Part shown: one piece after another, positions 42,584-57,545 of the stretch
How positions within the stretch are numbered: position 1 is the first letter of the stretch
Layout: every line of letters begins with the position of its first letter
Origin: Eledone cirrhosa
Taxonomy: Eukaryota
NCBI GenBank assembly: GCA_964016885.1
Contig: OZ024740.1
Coordinates: 117,614,001 to 117,678,000 of the forward strand
Direction of reading: 5' to 3'
Length of the DNA stretch: 64,000 nucleotides
Notes under the pieces: generated by a model
The model's input: the letters and a program-made list of their open reading frames with translations, nothing else
The model's database searches: none
What the model was told of the DNA's origin: nothing
Program-made: the position numbers and the translations under genes

Positions 42584-42965
42584 GGATATGATAGTACTCG
42601 ATGCATCCTTATGTATAGAATTGTTATAATGTGTGTTTGTGCGCGTGAGTGTGATTGTGTGTATGTAAGTATGTGGGTTCATATGTGTATATCTATGAAT
42701 GTATTTATATCTTGATAATCAAGAAAACAACACATTTGCAATATATTCTCCCCCATTCTCTAAAACGAAAAACGTAAACTTAAAAAAAAAGAGCAAAGAA
42801 GGAAAGAAAAAAAAAACTTGTTTTACTAAATGAGATCTAATTGAAGATGATGAAAGGTACAAACCAATTAAGAGATGCTATTGCCAGGAAGTACTAAATG
42901 AAAATCTATAAATCTTCAGTGACGTAACATTAATCTTCCATTTTTCGGTATACATAATATAATAA

Positions 42966-43078
<113 letters not shown>

Positions 43079-43108
43079 AGATCAAAAGATGGTTAAAAGA
43101 GTTCCATG

Positions 43109-43179
43109 TATTTTATTATGCGCATTTCAAAAACAAATATCACCATGCAATAACATTTGCGTTTTCGTCAGATAAAATA
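43109..43179 (-). ncRNA. type-I hammerhead ribozyme motif (family B), intact core
   Basis: Minus strand: TATTTTAT-CTGACGA-long stem II-GAAA-TGCGCA-TA-ATAAAATA, with an AUA cleavage triplet. Confidence 0.8.
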
Positions 43180-43233
43180 GGGAGACACGATATGAAGGTT
43201 AAAACACACTTGTGAATAGTACAGTTTTAATCA

Positions 43234-43391
<158 letters not shown>

Positions 43392-43453
43392 TTGTATGTA
43401 TGTATGTATATAGTGCAGTTTTAAATCAACATATATATATGTATATATATATA

Positions 43454-43520
<67 letters not shown>

Positions 43521-43594
43521 GTGTGTGTGTATATATATGTGTATATATATATATATATTTATATGTGTGTATGTATATATATATGTGTATATAT

Positions 43595-44156
43595 AAAAAA
43601 AAACTGCTATACATGGCTGAATACAATAAATGTAATCTGAGTTTTTTTAATATTAATAATAACATTCGATTCATTTGCAATTATGCAAACAAGCCTTATT
43701 TTTAAAGCCATGTCAGTAGAATGAACCCTTCATTCTTGCTCTTGTGTTGGCATGTAAAGAGAACTGCAGACACTAATATTTCTGGGTATCACCCTTCATC
43801 AGTACAGCTCACTGGTCACCTGCCAACTGTCCGAGCTAGTGAAAATATATACTATTTTCTAAAATATACAGTGACCGATCGGCCTGATTTGCATATTAGC
43901 AGACTGGCAGATCAGTCAGATCTGCATATTAGCAGATCCACTGATCAGCCAGATTTGCATATCAGCAGACTGGCCAATTAGTTTCTGTATACGATCGATA
44001 AATGCCCGACTTTGCCACACAAAAGCAAGAATGAAGGGTTGATTCTACTGAGGCTTGTTTGCATAATTGCAAACGAATCGAATGTTATTATTAATATTCG
44101 AAAAACTCAGATTACATTTATTGTATTCAGCCATGTAGAGCGAACATTTTTTTTTT
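43595..44156. mobile_element. foldback/MITE-like element with ~130-bp inverted arms and three internal 33-bp repeats
   Basis: Arms 43610-43753 and 44013-44137. The 33-mers start at 43877, 43910 and 43943. Confidence 0.7.
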
Positions 44157-44841
44157 ATTTGAATTTAGCAAAGCCGGCCATTTATTGCTCGTATACAGGA
44201 AACTGACTAGCATGTTCACAAATTGAAAAAATATAATGCAGTGTGAAAGGAAAAGAAGTTTGACTGCTATTTCTTGCAATTTGAAAGGCCACGCACCACT
44301 TTCACGTTCGTAATTTGAAATGTGTAGCATATTCTTAATGAAAATTTGGATCGGACTGATAACATATTTATATACAAACTTGATAACGATAGCCTAAATC
44401 ATTCTATTTTTCGCACCGGTGCTTGAGATTAATAAATAGTAATCCTTAACTTGTTTCTTAATTCCTTATCATGGGGTTGCGTAGATTACGTAGTTGAATG
44501 CGCACAACATATGAACGTCTCTAGAAGCCTACGAGAGAATATACTGATTAATTAGAATTATTAAAGATGTTACCAAGTTAGAAAAATAAAATAAAATCTA
44601 ATATATAAAAGAATTAGCATTCAGCACACAGTCAGTAATTTACTTTGCCTAATCGACTGATTAAATATATACACACTCACACACACGCACACACACAGAC
44701 ACACCCACACACATACATACACACACCGCACACACATGCAAACGAGAAAACCGACAAACATTTATATACACAGCCTACATACATGTATGTGTGTGTGTGT
44801 GTATGTCATTACACATATAACATACAAATGTTACAAACTGA

Positions 44842-44949
<108 letters not shown>

Positions 44950-45249
44950 TGTATGTATGTATGTACGTGTGTATGTATGTATATATACATATATAACACC
45001 AGTATGGAATTAACTTATAGAAGAACAAAGAAAAGTCCTCAGAATAGTTTGCCATTAAATCAGGTCACGAATATGATTATTTAATTAATTACACTCTGAC
45101 TAGCTACCCCAGTGTGATGACTGGAATCTCGACGCAGGCGCCAGTAGCTAGAGAGCTAGAGTGATCTAATACTTTAGAAAAAAAAGTACATGTAATTTTT
45201 TTCGGGTTTTTCTTGTTTGTATATTTATTTATTTATGTATGTATATATT

Positions 45250-45900
45250 GTTGTGGTTCGTAAGAAAAGGCTGTGATCATGGCCTTCACAAATAGGATCG
45301 GCGTAAATAATGTTCCTCTTGAATAATTCAAAGTCTATGCATGCAAAGAACAGTAAACATGTGAATAGAGAGAATTCCAGAAAGTTGACGTTCTGGAAAG
45401 AATAATATTGGGAATAGTAGTTAGTGTGGCCTTGGATGGCTGGGAGATGTACACAATATGGATGGCGACAAGAAAAGGAATTATTGAATCAAGCGTGCTT
45501 GAGTGGGGGTGATATGAAACTAGTCATCTTTGAAAAGCAAAGGGCCACTGTAATAGCGGTAGAAAGGTTAGAGAGAATCGTCAGCTTGTTTGTGATCCAG
45601 ATGTCAAGTGTTTTTTCTTTGCATACAGTCAGGGATGTTTGTATGTGCAGCAAACACTCTTCCAGTTCCAGGCGTGTGATAGTACTCAATTGTTATTTTC
45701 ACTTGAAATCTGTTGAGTTTAGCAGTTAGTGTGTGAATTTCTTTCTGATTTTGAAGAGGGAGGCTAGTATTTGTGAGACAGTTTTGGCATCATTGTGGTT
45801 ATACATTCGCCAGGAAAAATAATCGAATATGGATACCAATAACAGGGGATACAAATACGACTGGGGAATAAGTTTAGTTATTTGGAAGCCTGACAATGCT
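45250..45900 (-). pseudogene. old CR1/L2-type LINE 3' remnant
   Basis: Degenerate IPQSYLYPLLL (PQG motif), LDIWITNKL and RTSTFWNSL motifs. Confidence 0.5.
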
Positions 45901-46399
45901 TTCTTGGTAAAAATGCGAAGGTAATAAGAAAGTAGAAGAATAAAAGAAATAATTAATGTGAAATAACTGAGTGGGGACGATAGAAAGTTATCTTAGCAAT
46001 TTTTAATGATCCCAAATATTTTCGGATTTTCCATCCATTATCAACTGGAGTCCGTAGAAGAGACCCTAGAGTGAAACCTGAGAAATGATGTGAGCGGCTG
46101 TTTTTGACTTAAAAACGGTAAAGTTTAAAGTTGTTTGAGCATTTGTGTAAGGATAACGGGGGGTGCATGTGTATGATATATGCGTGCATGTGGGCGTATG
46201 CTTAAGTGTGTATGTGTAGAGAAGAACATATTTTTAAGGGATAAAAGAGTAAAGTTGTGTGAACATAGTTGGTCTGCAACATTTTTTATGCTAGCTGTCC
46301 ACTCAAAGCTTATCAAAAATGTGTCTGCTCTAGTATTTGTCGCGCCAAACTAGGTTAGGAAACGGAAGTTCGTTAGACTGGACAGCTGGGATAGTGGTA

Positions 46400-47810
46400 C
46401 GATGGTGTATTTAGGTTTAACAAGCTGGTTTTGCTATTGTGCTGCATTCTTTTCCATCCTATTATGAAATGAGGGAGGGGCTTTAGGTTATTAATCAAGA
46501 GGGCTTCTTTGATTCTCAGCATGCCGATACTGCCCTAGGTAGCCAAGATGGTAGTAGTTATTTTACTCTCCCTATTTCTGCATTTGATGATGTGTTTGCA
46601 GAAGAAAGAGGAGTTGATGTTGATGTGCTCTTTAATTTGGAGGTGTAAAGGTCGAAAAGGGCTGTCACTGTAGAGCTGGCTACACTTGTCACATTCCAGC
46701 CTGTACACCACATAGGTACGCAGGCAACAATCAGTGCTGTGGGTAGGGAAATTGGCTAGAGTGCATCTGTTATATGCGCTGGATGTGGTCTCGTCGAGAG
46801 ACATCTGCGCTGGGAAGGTCCCCAGTCTGATATTGAAGCTCTCTCTCCGGGTGGATGTATTCGTAGCGTCGCTGCACCTGATGTGTATGTGAACAATTTC
46901 GTTAGAAATGTACACGCTTTTAGAGCTGTTGGAGAGGGCTGATTTGTAGTGCACAAAAAGGTCCCTGCTAGCAGTTTTGGGGTACAAATCGGTGTGGATT
47001 TCCTCGCTTTCGGTTATGTTCAGTTTCAATTCGAGCAGGGAGAGGGACTCGGAGTCGGGGGGATGTTCTACACTGAACCTGATGTTTCTGTCGGCGTTAT
47101 TGAAAGTCTCCAATATCATGTTGGCATTCTCACGGGAGGATGTCAGGATGTCATCCACATGTCTAGCGAAGAATGCACAGGTCTCATGTCCGTTCATGTA
47201 AGAGATTGCCAGTAAACCTGACAGACTAGATCCCATGGGTAGTACAGAAGTCTGTTGGTAGGTGTGGCCCGATGGATAGGAGCTGGCGGATGTCGATGCT
47301 GGTGGGGCCGAAATAGTCTAGGTTGCTGGAACATATTCATTCAGTGAGTACGTCCACTGTCGGGAGTATGTCCACAGTCGATAGCATGTCTAGGCTGAAG
47401 GCGTACCTGTTGTATTTGCAGGTTTCGTGTTCCAGTTGGTAGGATCGTTGGATGACTTAATCCAAGCTGTTGAGGTGATCCTGGAAGGTTGTCAACAGGA
47501 GTTATAGTATCTTGAATAGAAGCCATGAGATGTTATACAAGGGTACTTCAACATTGGAAACAATGGGTCTGATTTTCAGGTCGGGTCTTTATTTGTAGGT
47601 CTTGATCAAGTGGTAGATATATGGTAGCCTACTACTTCACGTTATGAAGTTGTATCAGAATCTCTTCGGGAGCCTTCACTGGTCACAGATGTTATTCCAA
47701 GCGGTGTTGATCCGGCTGTCGATCAGCGTAGGTGTGATTCCGGTGACTTTGGAGTAGAAAGTGTCATAGCCGAGATATTGATACGTTAAGTTGTTGTAGT
47801 CTTCACCTTT
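46400..47810 (-). pseudogene. decayed PLE RT + GIY-YIG
   Basis: PYIYHLIKT..KIRPIVS, MGSSLSGLLA, FARHVDD and VVYRLECDKC...IKEH motifs. Confidence 0.85.
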
Positions 47811-47814
47811 TAAA

Positions 47815-48070
47815 TATGAGAGCGTACGTAGTCTATAAGGTCACATATAAAATATGTAGCTCCTCATACATCGGACTTACAGTCCGCATGATGCACATAC
47901 GGATCAAGGAGCACTTGATGATGAAAATATCTAATCAAAACATCTTGACAGATGCCACAGCTAAGACACCGAGGTCACTATAGAGGTGACAGAAAGTAAT
48001 GTGGGCAATTTGGGAATCATAGAGGCCATTATCATCAACCAGAAGAAACAAAGATGAATAATAGATTGGA
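47815..48070 (+). pseudogene. PLE GIY-YIG fragment inverted relative to 46400-47810
   Basis: Reads YIGLTVRMMHIRIKEH...NLGIIEAIII. Confidence 0.7.
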
Positions 48071-49424
48071 AATGCACGAAGCAGATTGGCTACTTTAACA
48101 AATTACTGCATGTATATTTCAGACATATGGGCCAGTTTAGGAAGAACAAATCGATCGTTTGGTTTGTTGTGAACTTTTCCTACTTCATAATTGAAGGAAA
48201 GGTAATATCCCTGAAATATCATGTTAAAATATACTGGGTAAAATATTACATCGTTTTTCTTTTGTTTTTGTTTGTCATCTTTTGCCCTGTATATATTTCT
48301 ACCGCATTCTACCGCATATGTTATTTGTAATATGTCATTTGTAATACATTAAGTCATCAAATACGTAACTCAATGCTTTTATTTAATTTGGCAATGCAAG
48401 AAAACTTGACTGTGCTAGGGAGTCGGACCACGGTTATGTTAGTTCACGAAGCTCAAGACAATAATAAAATGCTCTTACCAATAACCTCAGTAAACTGTAC
48501 CATAATAAGATTTTTAGTTAAAGCTATATAGATTGACCGATTACACGTTAAATGCATCTGTGTAGCTTTTATTCTATTTTCGTGTAATTTTATTAAATGT
48601 TTCAGTCATAGTCGTGACATCTGGGCCGATACCTTACAAATTCAGCTTGCCATTGCTCTACAATCAACAATTATCCAGTCGGTTTAACACTGAACCAGTC
48701 AATCTTGTAATCGCATATTTTCAGCTATATCAACTGAAGTAATTACAGCGGACTTACGAAACTAGAACAATCAGACGAGAGCAATTATAATCAGAGCCTT
48801 GCTTACGGACATTTTTCAGCACTTGTTACAGAGCAATGTTTAAATCAACGATGTACTGATAGCAATGTTGATATTGGGCTATATCAGTTTGCTATGAGTG
48901 TTTAACTATTTTCATTAGGAAATATATGGTCTTTACACCCAACAAGCTAATGATAAACATTAGAAAATATATTTTGGCAATAATAAGAACTTAAAATTAT
49001 AGAAATATTCTTAATTAGAACTTTTTAATGAATCCTCTTGTTATAATTGATGAAATTAGTTGATTCATAGTCAATTAATTTCAACATAATTAGGAAACTG
49101 GAGAGAAAGCAAAATGACGCCTGTTATGTCTATAAGAAGCCATTCTAATTCAGCCTATCCACATGTTCAATTCAATTATTTGTTCTTTCGATACTCTTAC
49201 GAAGGCAAGAATTTCTGAAGAAAGAAACTGTTAACAGCTTACTGTTCTTTCTGTAAAAAAGAGAAGAGAGGGTGAAATAAGCTTATACAAACCCGCACGT
49301 GAGCGTGCACCACCCACAATATAGGTATGTGATTGTGTGTGTTTGTGTGTAGTCATTTATACATATATAAAATAAATATACATATATACAGGACAAATGC
49401 ATTGGCTCAAATATCAAGGATCTG

Positions 49425-49477
<53 letters not shown>

Positions 49478-49582
49478 GTACACACATCCATACACACACA
49501 CATACACACACGCATACACACACGCATACACACACGCATGTATATATGTATATATATATATATATACATGCGTGTGTGTATG

Positions 49583-49648
<66 letters not shown>

Positions 49649-49938
49649 AGTGTGTGTGTATATATATGTGTGTGTATATATATATATATGCATGTATATA
49701 TGCATATATGTATGCGTATATGTGTATGTGTGTGCATGTGTATTTGCATGATATTAAATGATTATGTAAATATATACATACATACTTGTAGGGAATACGC
49801 AAATACATATGATCACCCATACTAATGAGGATACACACATATATGTACATGTACACAAGTGCGCGCGTACACACACACACATTCATGCAACGCAAGCATA
49901 CATTAACACTAACATAATAGACGGACAAGTAAAATGTG

Positions 49939-50054
<116 letters not shown>

Positions 50055-50286
50055 AGGGAGGCAGACTGACATAGAATAGACAACGATATAGCGATGTGGT
50101 AAAGAGAGATATTATCTTTGTATTGCATTACTTTAAATCTACGTCATTTTTCCACCACTGCGATAAACTCGAGAAAAATACAAATACACGTTTCATATGA
50201 TACTAGTAAATAACGCCGAAAACTTCTGGGATGACAGAGAGTAATTATATTAACCCCATATCTCAGAAAAATCTACTCTAGTGACG

Positions 50287-50377
<91 letters not shown>

Positions 50378-50630
50378 ACACACACACCCATACACACACA
50401 CACACACACACACATACACACACATACACACACACATATATACATACATGCAGATGTACATTCACACGTACTTGCGTACATACATGTAAGCATACGAACA
50501 AATGCACATAAAGACACACTTTCACAAACGCTTGAATATAGGTCTCAAATATGATGCCTCTTGTATTTTTGGCATATGGTCAAATTTGGGCCTTGAAAAA
50601 TTGGGTAGCGATTTTATTCTGTGTATGAAC

Positions 50631-50685
<55 letters not shown>

Positions 50686-50752
50686 GTAGGTCCCGGGTTG
50701 AGTCGGGGATAACCACAGTAAGGTACTCAATTCCTGTAGAAGCTCCTTCTAT

Positions 50753-50888
<136 letters not shown>

Positions 50889-51644
50889 TTTCAACAACGT
50901 CAGTATTCCGTGTGTCATATTTCTCGATTATCATTGGTTCATAGGTTTAAAACGTGTCCACCCACCTCAACGAGGCCAAACTTAAATTAATACGCATAAT
51001 GCCAATGAGGGAGTGAGAGGAGAGAGTAGGAAACAGAGAGGCAAAGTGAACGATGTAACTATTACCATGTGTGCGTGTGTATGTACATGCGCGTATGTTT
51101 GTGTGCGTGCGTGCAGCGTTCCACAGAAAGTAAAAACTATCAACATGTGTGAGTGTGTAAGTGTGTGTAAGTGCACGTGTGCGTGTGTAAGTTTGCGTGC
51201 GTGTGCGCGTTTCCATGCGTGTATGTGTGTGTACGTGGGGCGTTCCACAATCGTCACGCAGTTTATCTGTCTGTGTGCCTGTCTGTCAGTCTAATATACA
51301 CATAGTTGGAAAAGGAGTAAATAGGGACCTTTTTTTACATTGACGGACATCATTTATATTTATTATTGTGTAATTTTTTGACAATTGCTCGAAATGAATA
51401 CTGATAATAAAAGCAATTCGACTTTATCAAACAGTGAACTACAGCGGCGACGGCGTGCAGCCAGGAATGAAGAAAACGGGCCGAACAGCGCCATCGGAAC
51501 GCCGAACTTCAGAGGCGAAGACGTGCCGCCATGAATGAAGGGGAGCTGGCTGACCAACGCCAACGAAACACTGGAGCCAAGCAGCGACCGCGTGCTGTGA
51601 TGGTTGAAGACGAGCTGGCTGAGCATCATCTTTTATATTAATTA

Positions 51645-52002
51645 TCTATATCTATATCTACATATAATATAAAAATTGGAACTTCCATCATCCTTTTGAG
51701 AAACGTGGAACAATCACGTCTATGCAATGATACACGTTTTACAGCCAGACAGAAGATGAACCATCTCCTAGACGTCACTATTCTAGGTGGTAGCACCTAG
51801 AATTGTTCATATACTATCCACAAACGGTACAACGAAGAATCTGGTATATCTGGAAGATTTTTTTTACTGTTTTCTGTATCACACAGACACCACGGACTCG
51901 CCTCATACTATAACCAGACAACACATCCAATATAGTCATTTTCTCTTTTACCTGTCTTCTCTTATCATCTGTTTACCCGGGCGAAGCTGGGTACGTCAGC
52001 TA

Positions 52003-52003
<1 letters not shown>
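51645..52003 (+). mobile_element. short Helitron retaining the helicase C-terminus
   Basis: TCTATA start, [18 protein letters not shown], and hairpin CCCGGGCGAAGCTGGG followed by CTAG|T. Confidence 0.75.
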
Positions 52004-52090
<87 letters not shown>

Positions 52091-52208
52091 TTGTATATAT
52101 ATACGTATGCATACGCATACACATATATATATAAAAAGACAGAGAGAGATGTGGACTGAGAGAAAGAAAGGGTTAGATAAATACATTTACATACAAACAA
52201 ATATATAG

Positions 52209-52253
<45 letters not shown>

Positions 52254-52479
52254 ATCGTTAATGCATACGTTACCACAGCATTACTAATGATTTCATGATT
52301 GAGTTAAAATTCATTCAATCATAATACAATATAGACGGACGTACATTCATGAAGACACCTTATACTCATTGTTTATTGTGATGCGATGGGATTTGACGAT
52401 TGTGCAGAGGGAACAAATCTATTAAACACCTCTTGTTTGAGCTGTGTTTCTACCCCTTGACCAACAAATTTAGATATAA

Positions 52480-52770
52480 CACGTATATAGATCCGGCCGC
52501 TTCCTCTTCGTACCGGTAGCCGTCGAGACCTCAGGTGGACTTGGACCCTGAACACGGGAGCTTCTCCGCAAGATCGGAACGTCAGCAGCCCATCTGAGGA
52601 GGGAGCCCCGTAAGGTGAGGTGACTGTTGCAGCTGGTGTCGCTGGCCATTGCCCGTGGGAATGCTCTTGTGGTCTTGTCCGCATGGCGCAGCCCCAATAC
52701 CGACGCCCCTAGTCCTAGAGCCTATCACCCTCCTTTTACCCCCTCCTATTCTTCTGTGACCATAGAGCCA
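52480..52770 (+). mobile_element. CRE-clade-like non-LTR retrotransposon 3' fragment
   Basis: FVPVAVETSGGLGP*TRELLRKIG...LQLVSLAIARGNA, typical of the restriction-like endonuclease C-terminus. Confidence 0.7.
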
Positions 52771-53314
52771 TACACTCATACGTAGCACCCAAAAGAAGTA
52801 GTTTTGGAGTAATGCGTGACGTTATACTTAGTATCGTGCGACAATTATTCACTTCTGCCATGAAATGTTTAGTAATATTGTGTTGAATATTTCATTATGA
52901 AACACTCCCCTCATTTTATGCCAGTTTGCTTTATACTATTTGACAATAAAGCTGTTTAAAATTTGCTTAAATCGATCATGTTTTCACCGCTGAACTATCA
53001 GTGAAATATAAACTAATCATCGCAGACTTCTCTGGTTTATGACGATCTTGTAAAATATAGAGTAAATATAATGTTCCAAGCAACAAGCTATCAAAGTACA
53101 TTTTCCTCTGGAGAGGTTATTGATATTACGAGTGGAAGATTTTAACCAGAAACCCCCCACCCCACACACACACACAAAAACAAAACAAAAACAAAACAAC
53201 AACAACAAAAAACAAAAGGAAAAAAAACAAAGAAAAAAAAATACAAGCCAAACGAAAACAACAAAATACCGATTCAATTGAGTCAATCTAACATATTTGA
53301 CAATTCAAAAACTA

Positions 53315-54545
53315 TTTTTGATGAATTGAAAGAGAAAGATAGTGGCGATGAAATATTTGCATGCTGTAAGGGCTGGTTGTACAGGCTTTAAGCATCTCAT
53401 AAAGTGTCGTGGAGTTAAGACACATCGTGAGACATCAAGTGCAGATAGAAGCAGTTAAATTATTCTCTACGGAATTTCAAGCTATTGTACATGTTTTAAT
53501 AGAATATTATTTGTAATGTAAAAAAAAAAAAAAGGATTATATTGGAAGAAAATAGTTTCAGGAAATGTTATTTCCATTGACGAAATACCTGCAATCGGAT
53601 TTAAAGTTCTCAAAGACAGAGTAGCACTCCTAGTGTTAAAGTAGCTCTATCATTTGAAAACATCCATTGAAAGTTATAACTTCTTGTGTTTTGAAAGTAC
53701 GGTGTGCTTGGACTAGTGGTAAACAAACTAATCTTGCCCTGCTGTATAAAAACTGCTTGATTATCTAACCGACCCCCAAATACTGACGAAGTTAACAAAC
53801 CTGAACGAAGTTTACCAGCCTTCAAGCACAACGTCTGTTCTTTAGTTGATGCACTGTAGTGTAATAGCTCCCTACAAGTTGTACTACTTGCAAGTATACT
53901 TTCAGAATATGGTCAATGCATGAGATGCAAACGCTTATATAATCGTAAATGAATCCTGGCGGTCTTTTAACATTTTAATTGCCATTCATAATGGCTTTGT
54001 AGGATTTAAGCCGGCAGTGGAAAGCACTGTATTCACACATGTAGTTTTAAATTTTCTATGAAAGGTTGAATTCGATGTTTGTACGGAAGATTACGTATAA
54101 GGATTGATTATTCATAACCGAAGAAAACTTGGATTAGCGGAATTGGCTGATAGCCTAAACACAAACAGAAGAGAACGAAAAGGAACTGGAATATGTTGTG
54201 AAGATAATAAAATGTGACGCTCTTAAACGGTACTAATTTTGACTTTTTGATTAAAAAAGGTTGTGTAATTGACAGTGTGGGAGTGAAGTGTCTTTGTAAA
54301 TGGCTGTTTAAACGAGACCGTAGCGGATTATTAGGAAATTGTTAAAGAGAGAAAAAGATAGGCATGGCAAATATGTCTAGGTTCCTAATTTCAGAAGGTC
54401 CAACCAAACCCATTATTAGGAAGTGGATGACCCAACAGAATTAAACTTCAGTCCAACACCACTTTTCAATGGGAGCAATGGAGTTGTGTAAGAAATTGTG
54501 TAATAGGAGTCAGCTCGGAATCACTTGATAAGTAGATCATATATT
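53315..54545 (+). pseudogene. pogo/Tigger-like transposase fossil
   Basis: FACCKGWLYRL, ETSSAD, GLYWKKI and GFKVLKDRVALL appear in the expected order, with stops and frameshifts. Confidence 0.7.
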
Positions 54546-56021
54546 TTCAGTATCCTTTTGTAATCCAGGTAATGGTGTATATTTTTATTATTTATTATTT
54601 TGTTAGTTATTATTTTTAGTATATTCGTCAACATGCTTTTATTGAATATATATATATATAATTTCGTTGGATGCATCATGCGCATTACCATTCACTGTAC
54701 ATCTGCTATGTCTGGAAGAATTAGACTCAAGATAGATGCTCCCGAGTTGGTTCTTGTCTTGATGAAGATTACTTATATAATCACAGAATAATATTTTATA
54801 AGTGTTGAGAATTTATATGTAAATGAGAGGAAATGTCTCTATTTAGTATCGGCCTTGGTCCTGAAGGGGCGTGTCTCTTTCTTGTACAGTGTAACGGTGG
54901 GCAATACCGTTGATTTATTGTCATGAACTTTAGAAGAATAGAAGCCATTGTGGTAGTGACACCAGGGGCAAGACGAGAAACGATGCTGCTGTGGGTTGAT
55001 TGCCAGTGTAGGATGTATGAGTGACTAGCAGCAATGCTATCTTGAATACGGTAGCATTAATCTAATACAGAGGCAATGATTTCTCACCGAACTTTCCGTC
55101 TCAGAAAAGAAAACCAATTGCGCCCGACTAGAGAAAGTTTCTGAGGGTACGCCTCGCCTGTTTATAGAAAAATAAAGTGATTGAAGAATAGTGCAATTTG
55201 CAATGAATAGTGCAATTTGCACTAGAGAAAACAAATCAGTGAGGGGGTTCTACGTAGAGAATCGACTTGCTAAAAACAACAGCCAATTTTCACTCTAATC
55301 CCATCTTATCATCCTTAATAATGCAGTCGCAAATAACACGCTAAAAAGCCTATCGTCATGGTTTGAATGTTTTAGTTCAGCTCGATCAAAGTCGACCACA
55401 CTCTAAACAACCGGATGATGAGAAATGTGTCAGATCTATATCCAAAACCGGAAGTACATCTCTCTTGAAAACGTTTGCGGTAAAGTTATACTAATCCGCG
55501 TCAGTTCATGCTGCAATAGAACAGTCTCGGATTAAGAGATGAAAGGTAACAGGGACCCATAGATGAATAACTTAACTTGAAAGTTCTCATACTAGATACA
55601 ACCGAAAGGATTGCAGATACTCTATGAATTTGCTAATGGAGGAAGTGTAGCATCTAAAATCCTTTCCAGGTTTTTCAAAACTGGTGGGATAACGAGGAAG
55701 AAATTATCTTCAAACTCGAAATTTTGTACAGATGTTTGAAAGAGAGTGGAATATGAGTATGACACTCATGTCAAAAGTGGTAGAATAATACCAGGCCACA
55801 AATTATGTCTACTAGAGAAAAGCAAAAACAATCCCTTCGATTGGATTCCATACAAATTCTCTCATGGAAGGCAAGAGAAATTTCTCCAAACATATTTTAA
55901 GGTGGCTGTGTGATATAAAGATGAAGAGAGGAAACTGAAAGTGATAAAGAAGGTATTATTTACGATTACAGGGTAATAGTGAAGAAATATTAATCATACT
56001 TATGATGGTGTAGGGAATATG

Positions 56022-56100
<79 letters not shown>

Positions 56101-56455
56101 AGATAATGATTATATAAAAGGATTAATTACAATCTCTGAAAAGTCATTGATGTAGTAAAAGTGGAACTATAAACACTATAAACAAGAGGCAACAGTTACG
56201 TCACTATACGACGGGATGTTAACAGATGAAAATATAATTAAGAGGTTGTCTTCTTCTGAAACCTATTGCAATGAATATCATCACCATCATCATTAACCTT
56301 GTCGTCATCTCCATCATTACCATCATCGTCATTATCATCGTCAATCATCATCATCATCATCATCATCATAATACTTAAAAAACAACAAAGTGTTTATATA
56401 AACAGTGAACCCCTTCTCTTTTATAAGCATATACACGTGCCTGTGTGTACTTGTG

Positions 56456-56503
<48 letters not shown>

Positions 56504-56638
56504 ATACTTGTGTATAATGGTAGCTATGGTGCTTCCATAGGCGGTATGCCAAAATTAGCACTCAATATTCAGCAGAGTAGAGTGTAGATAGTATAAAGAA
56601 AACGAAAAATCAGTGATGCATCTGGATTCAATTTATTG

Positions 56639-56700
56639 CGTGTTACAATTGTTTCGCCGGCAGGTAGCTGATTCTACGGCCGCAGGTTTCTTCAGACACG
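56639..56700 (-). ncRNA. type-I hammerhead ribozyme motif
   Basis: Minus strand: CGTGT-CTGAAGA-33 nt-GAAA-CAATTG-TA-ACACG, then AATAAA. Perfect stem I, palindromic stem III, GUA triplet, irregular stem II base. Confidence 0.75.
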
Positions 56701-57031
56701 GGTAGTTTGTTCGGAGCAAATTTTATCACTGGGGTGTTATCATCAAAAAACGCCCTCAAAAAACCTCTTCCACTCTTGTCATGCCATTGGCTGTTGTTAC
56801 TCCACGTCATCTTAAGTTCTGTTCAGTATTTACTGCTACACGGGTCATCAGCCATTTTCCGTCCGACACACTTCAATGGAGTCATGCTGGGTTCAGTATC
56901 TACACGTCTGTTCACACTCCAGAGCAAGCACCCACACATACGAATACACACACACATACGCGCGCACACATACCTACGCACAACCTTATATACATTTATA
57001 TATATACACTCATACAAACACATATATACAT

Positions 57032-57085
<54 letters not shown>

Positions 57086-57131
57086 GCACACACATACATA
57101 CAAAATACACATACGTACACAAAATTACATA

Positions 57132-57219
<88 letters not shown>

Positions 57220-57481
57220 CACAAAAAGACTACATGCATACGCACACCCACACATATACATATATACATGCAGACATATATACATCTACATATACATACG
57301 CACACAGACTGCCACATATGCACATATGCACATTTGCTTACACACACATGTTTCCACATATACATATATAAACAAAACCGTAAATTAAAAATACATTATA
57401 TAATAAAAACAGAATATACCATAAACTAACGGTAAAATAACATAACATAAAATATAAAATATCAATATAGTATACAATATA

Positions 57482-57545
<64 letters not shown>

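Noticed and set aside
43877-43975. CRISPR-like array
   Set aside because: These are contiguous 33-bp tandem repeats without unique spacers, in a eukaryotic context with no cas genes.
51420-51630. GC-rich ORF-like patch (RRRRAARNEE...ANETLE)
   Set aside because: It is short and disrupted. It may be a Helitron N-terminal remnant next to 51645-52003, but the evidence is too weak to call.
53589-53871. Possible minus-strand host exon (AG...CAG|GTATTT)
   Set aside because: All three frames contain stops, and the opposite strand is explained by a Tigger-like transposase fossil.
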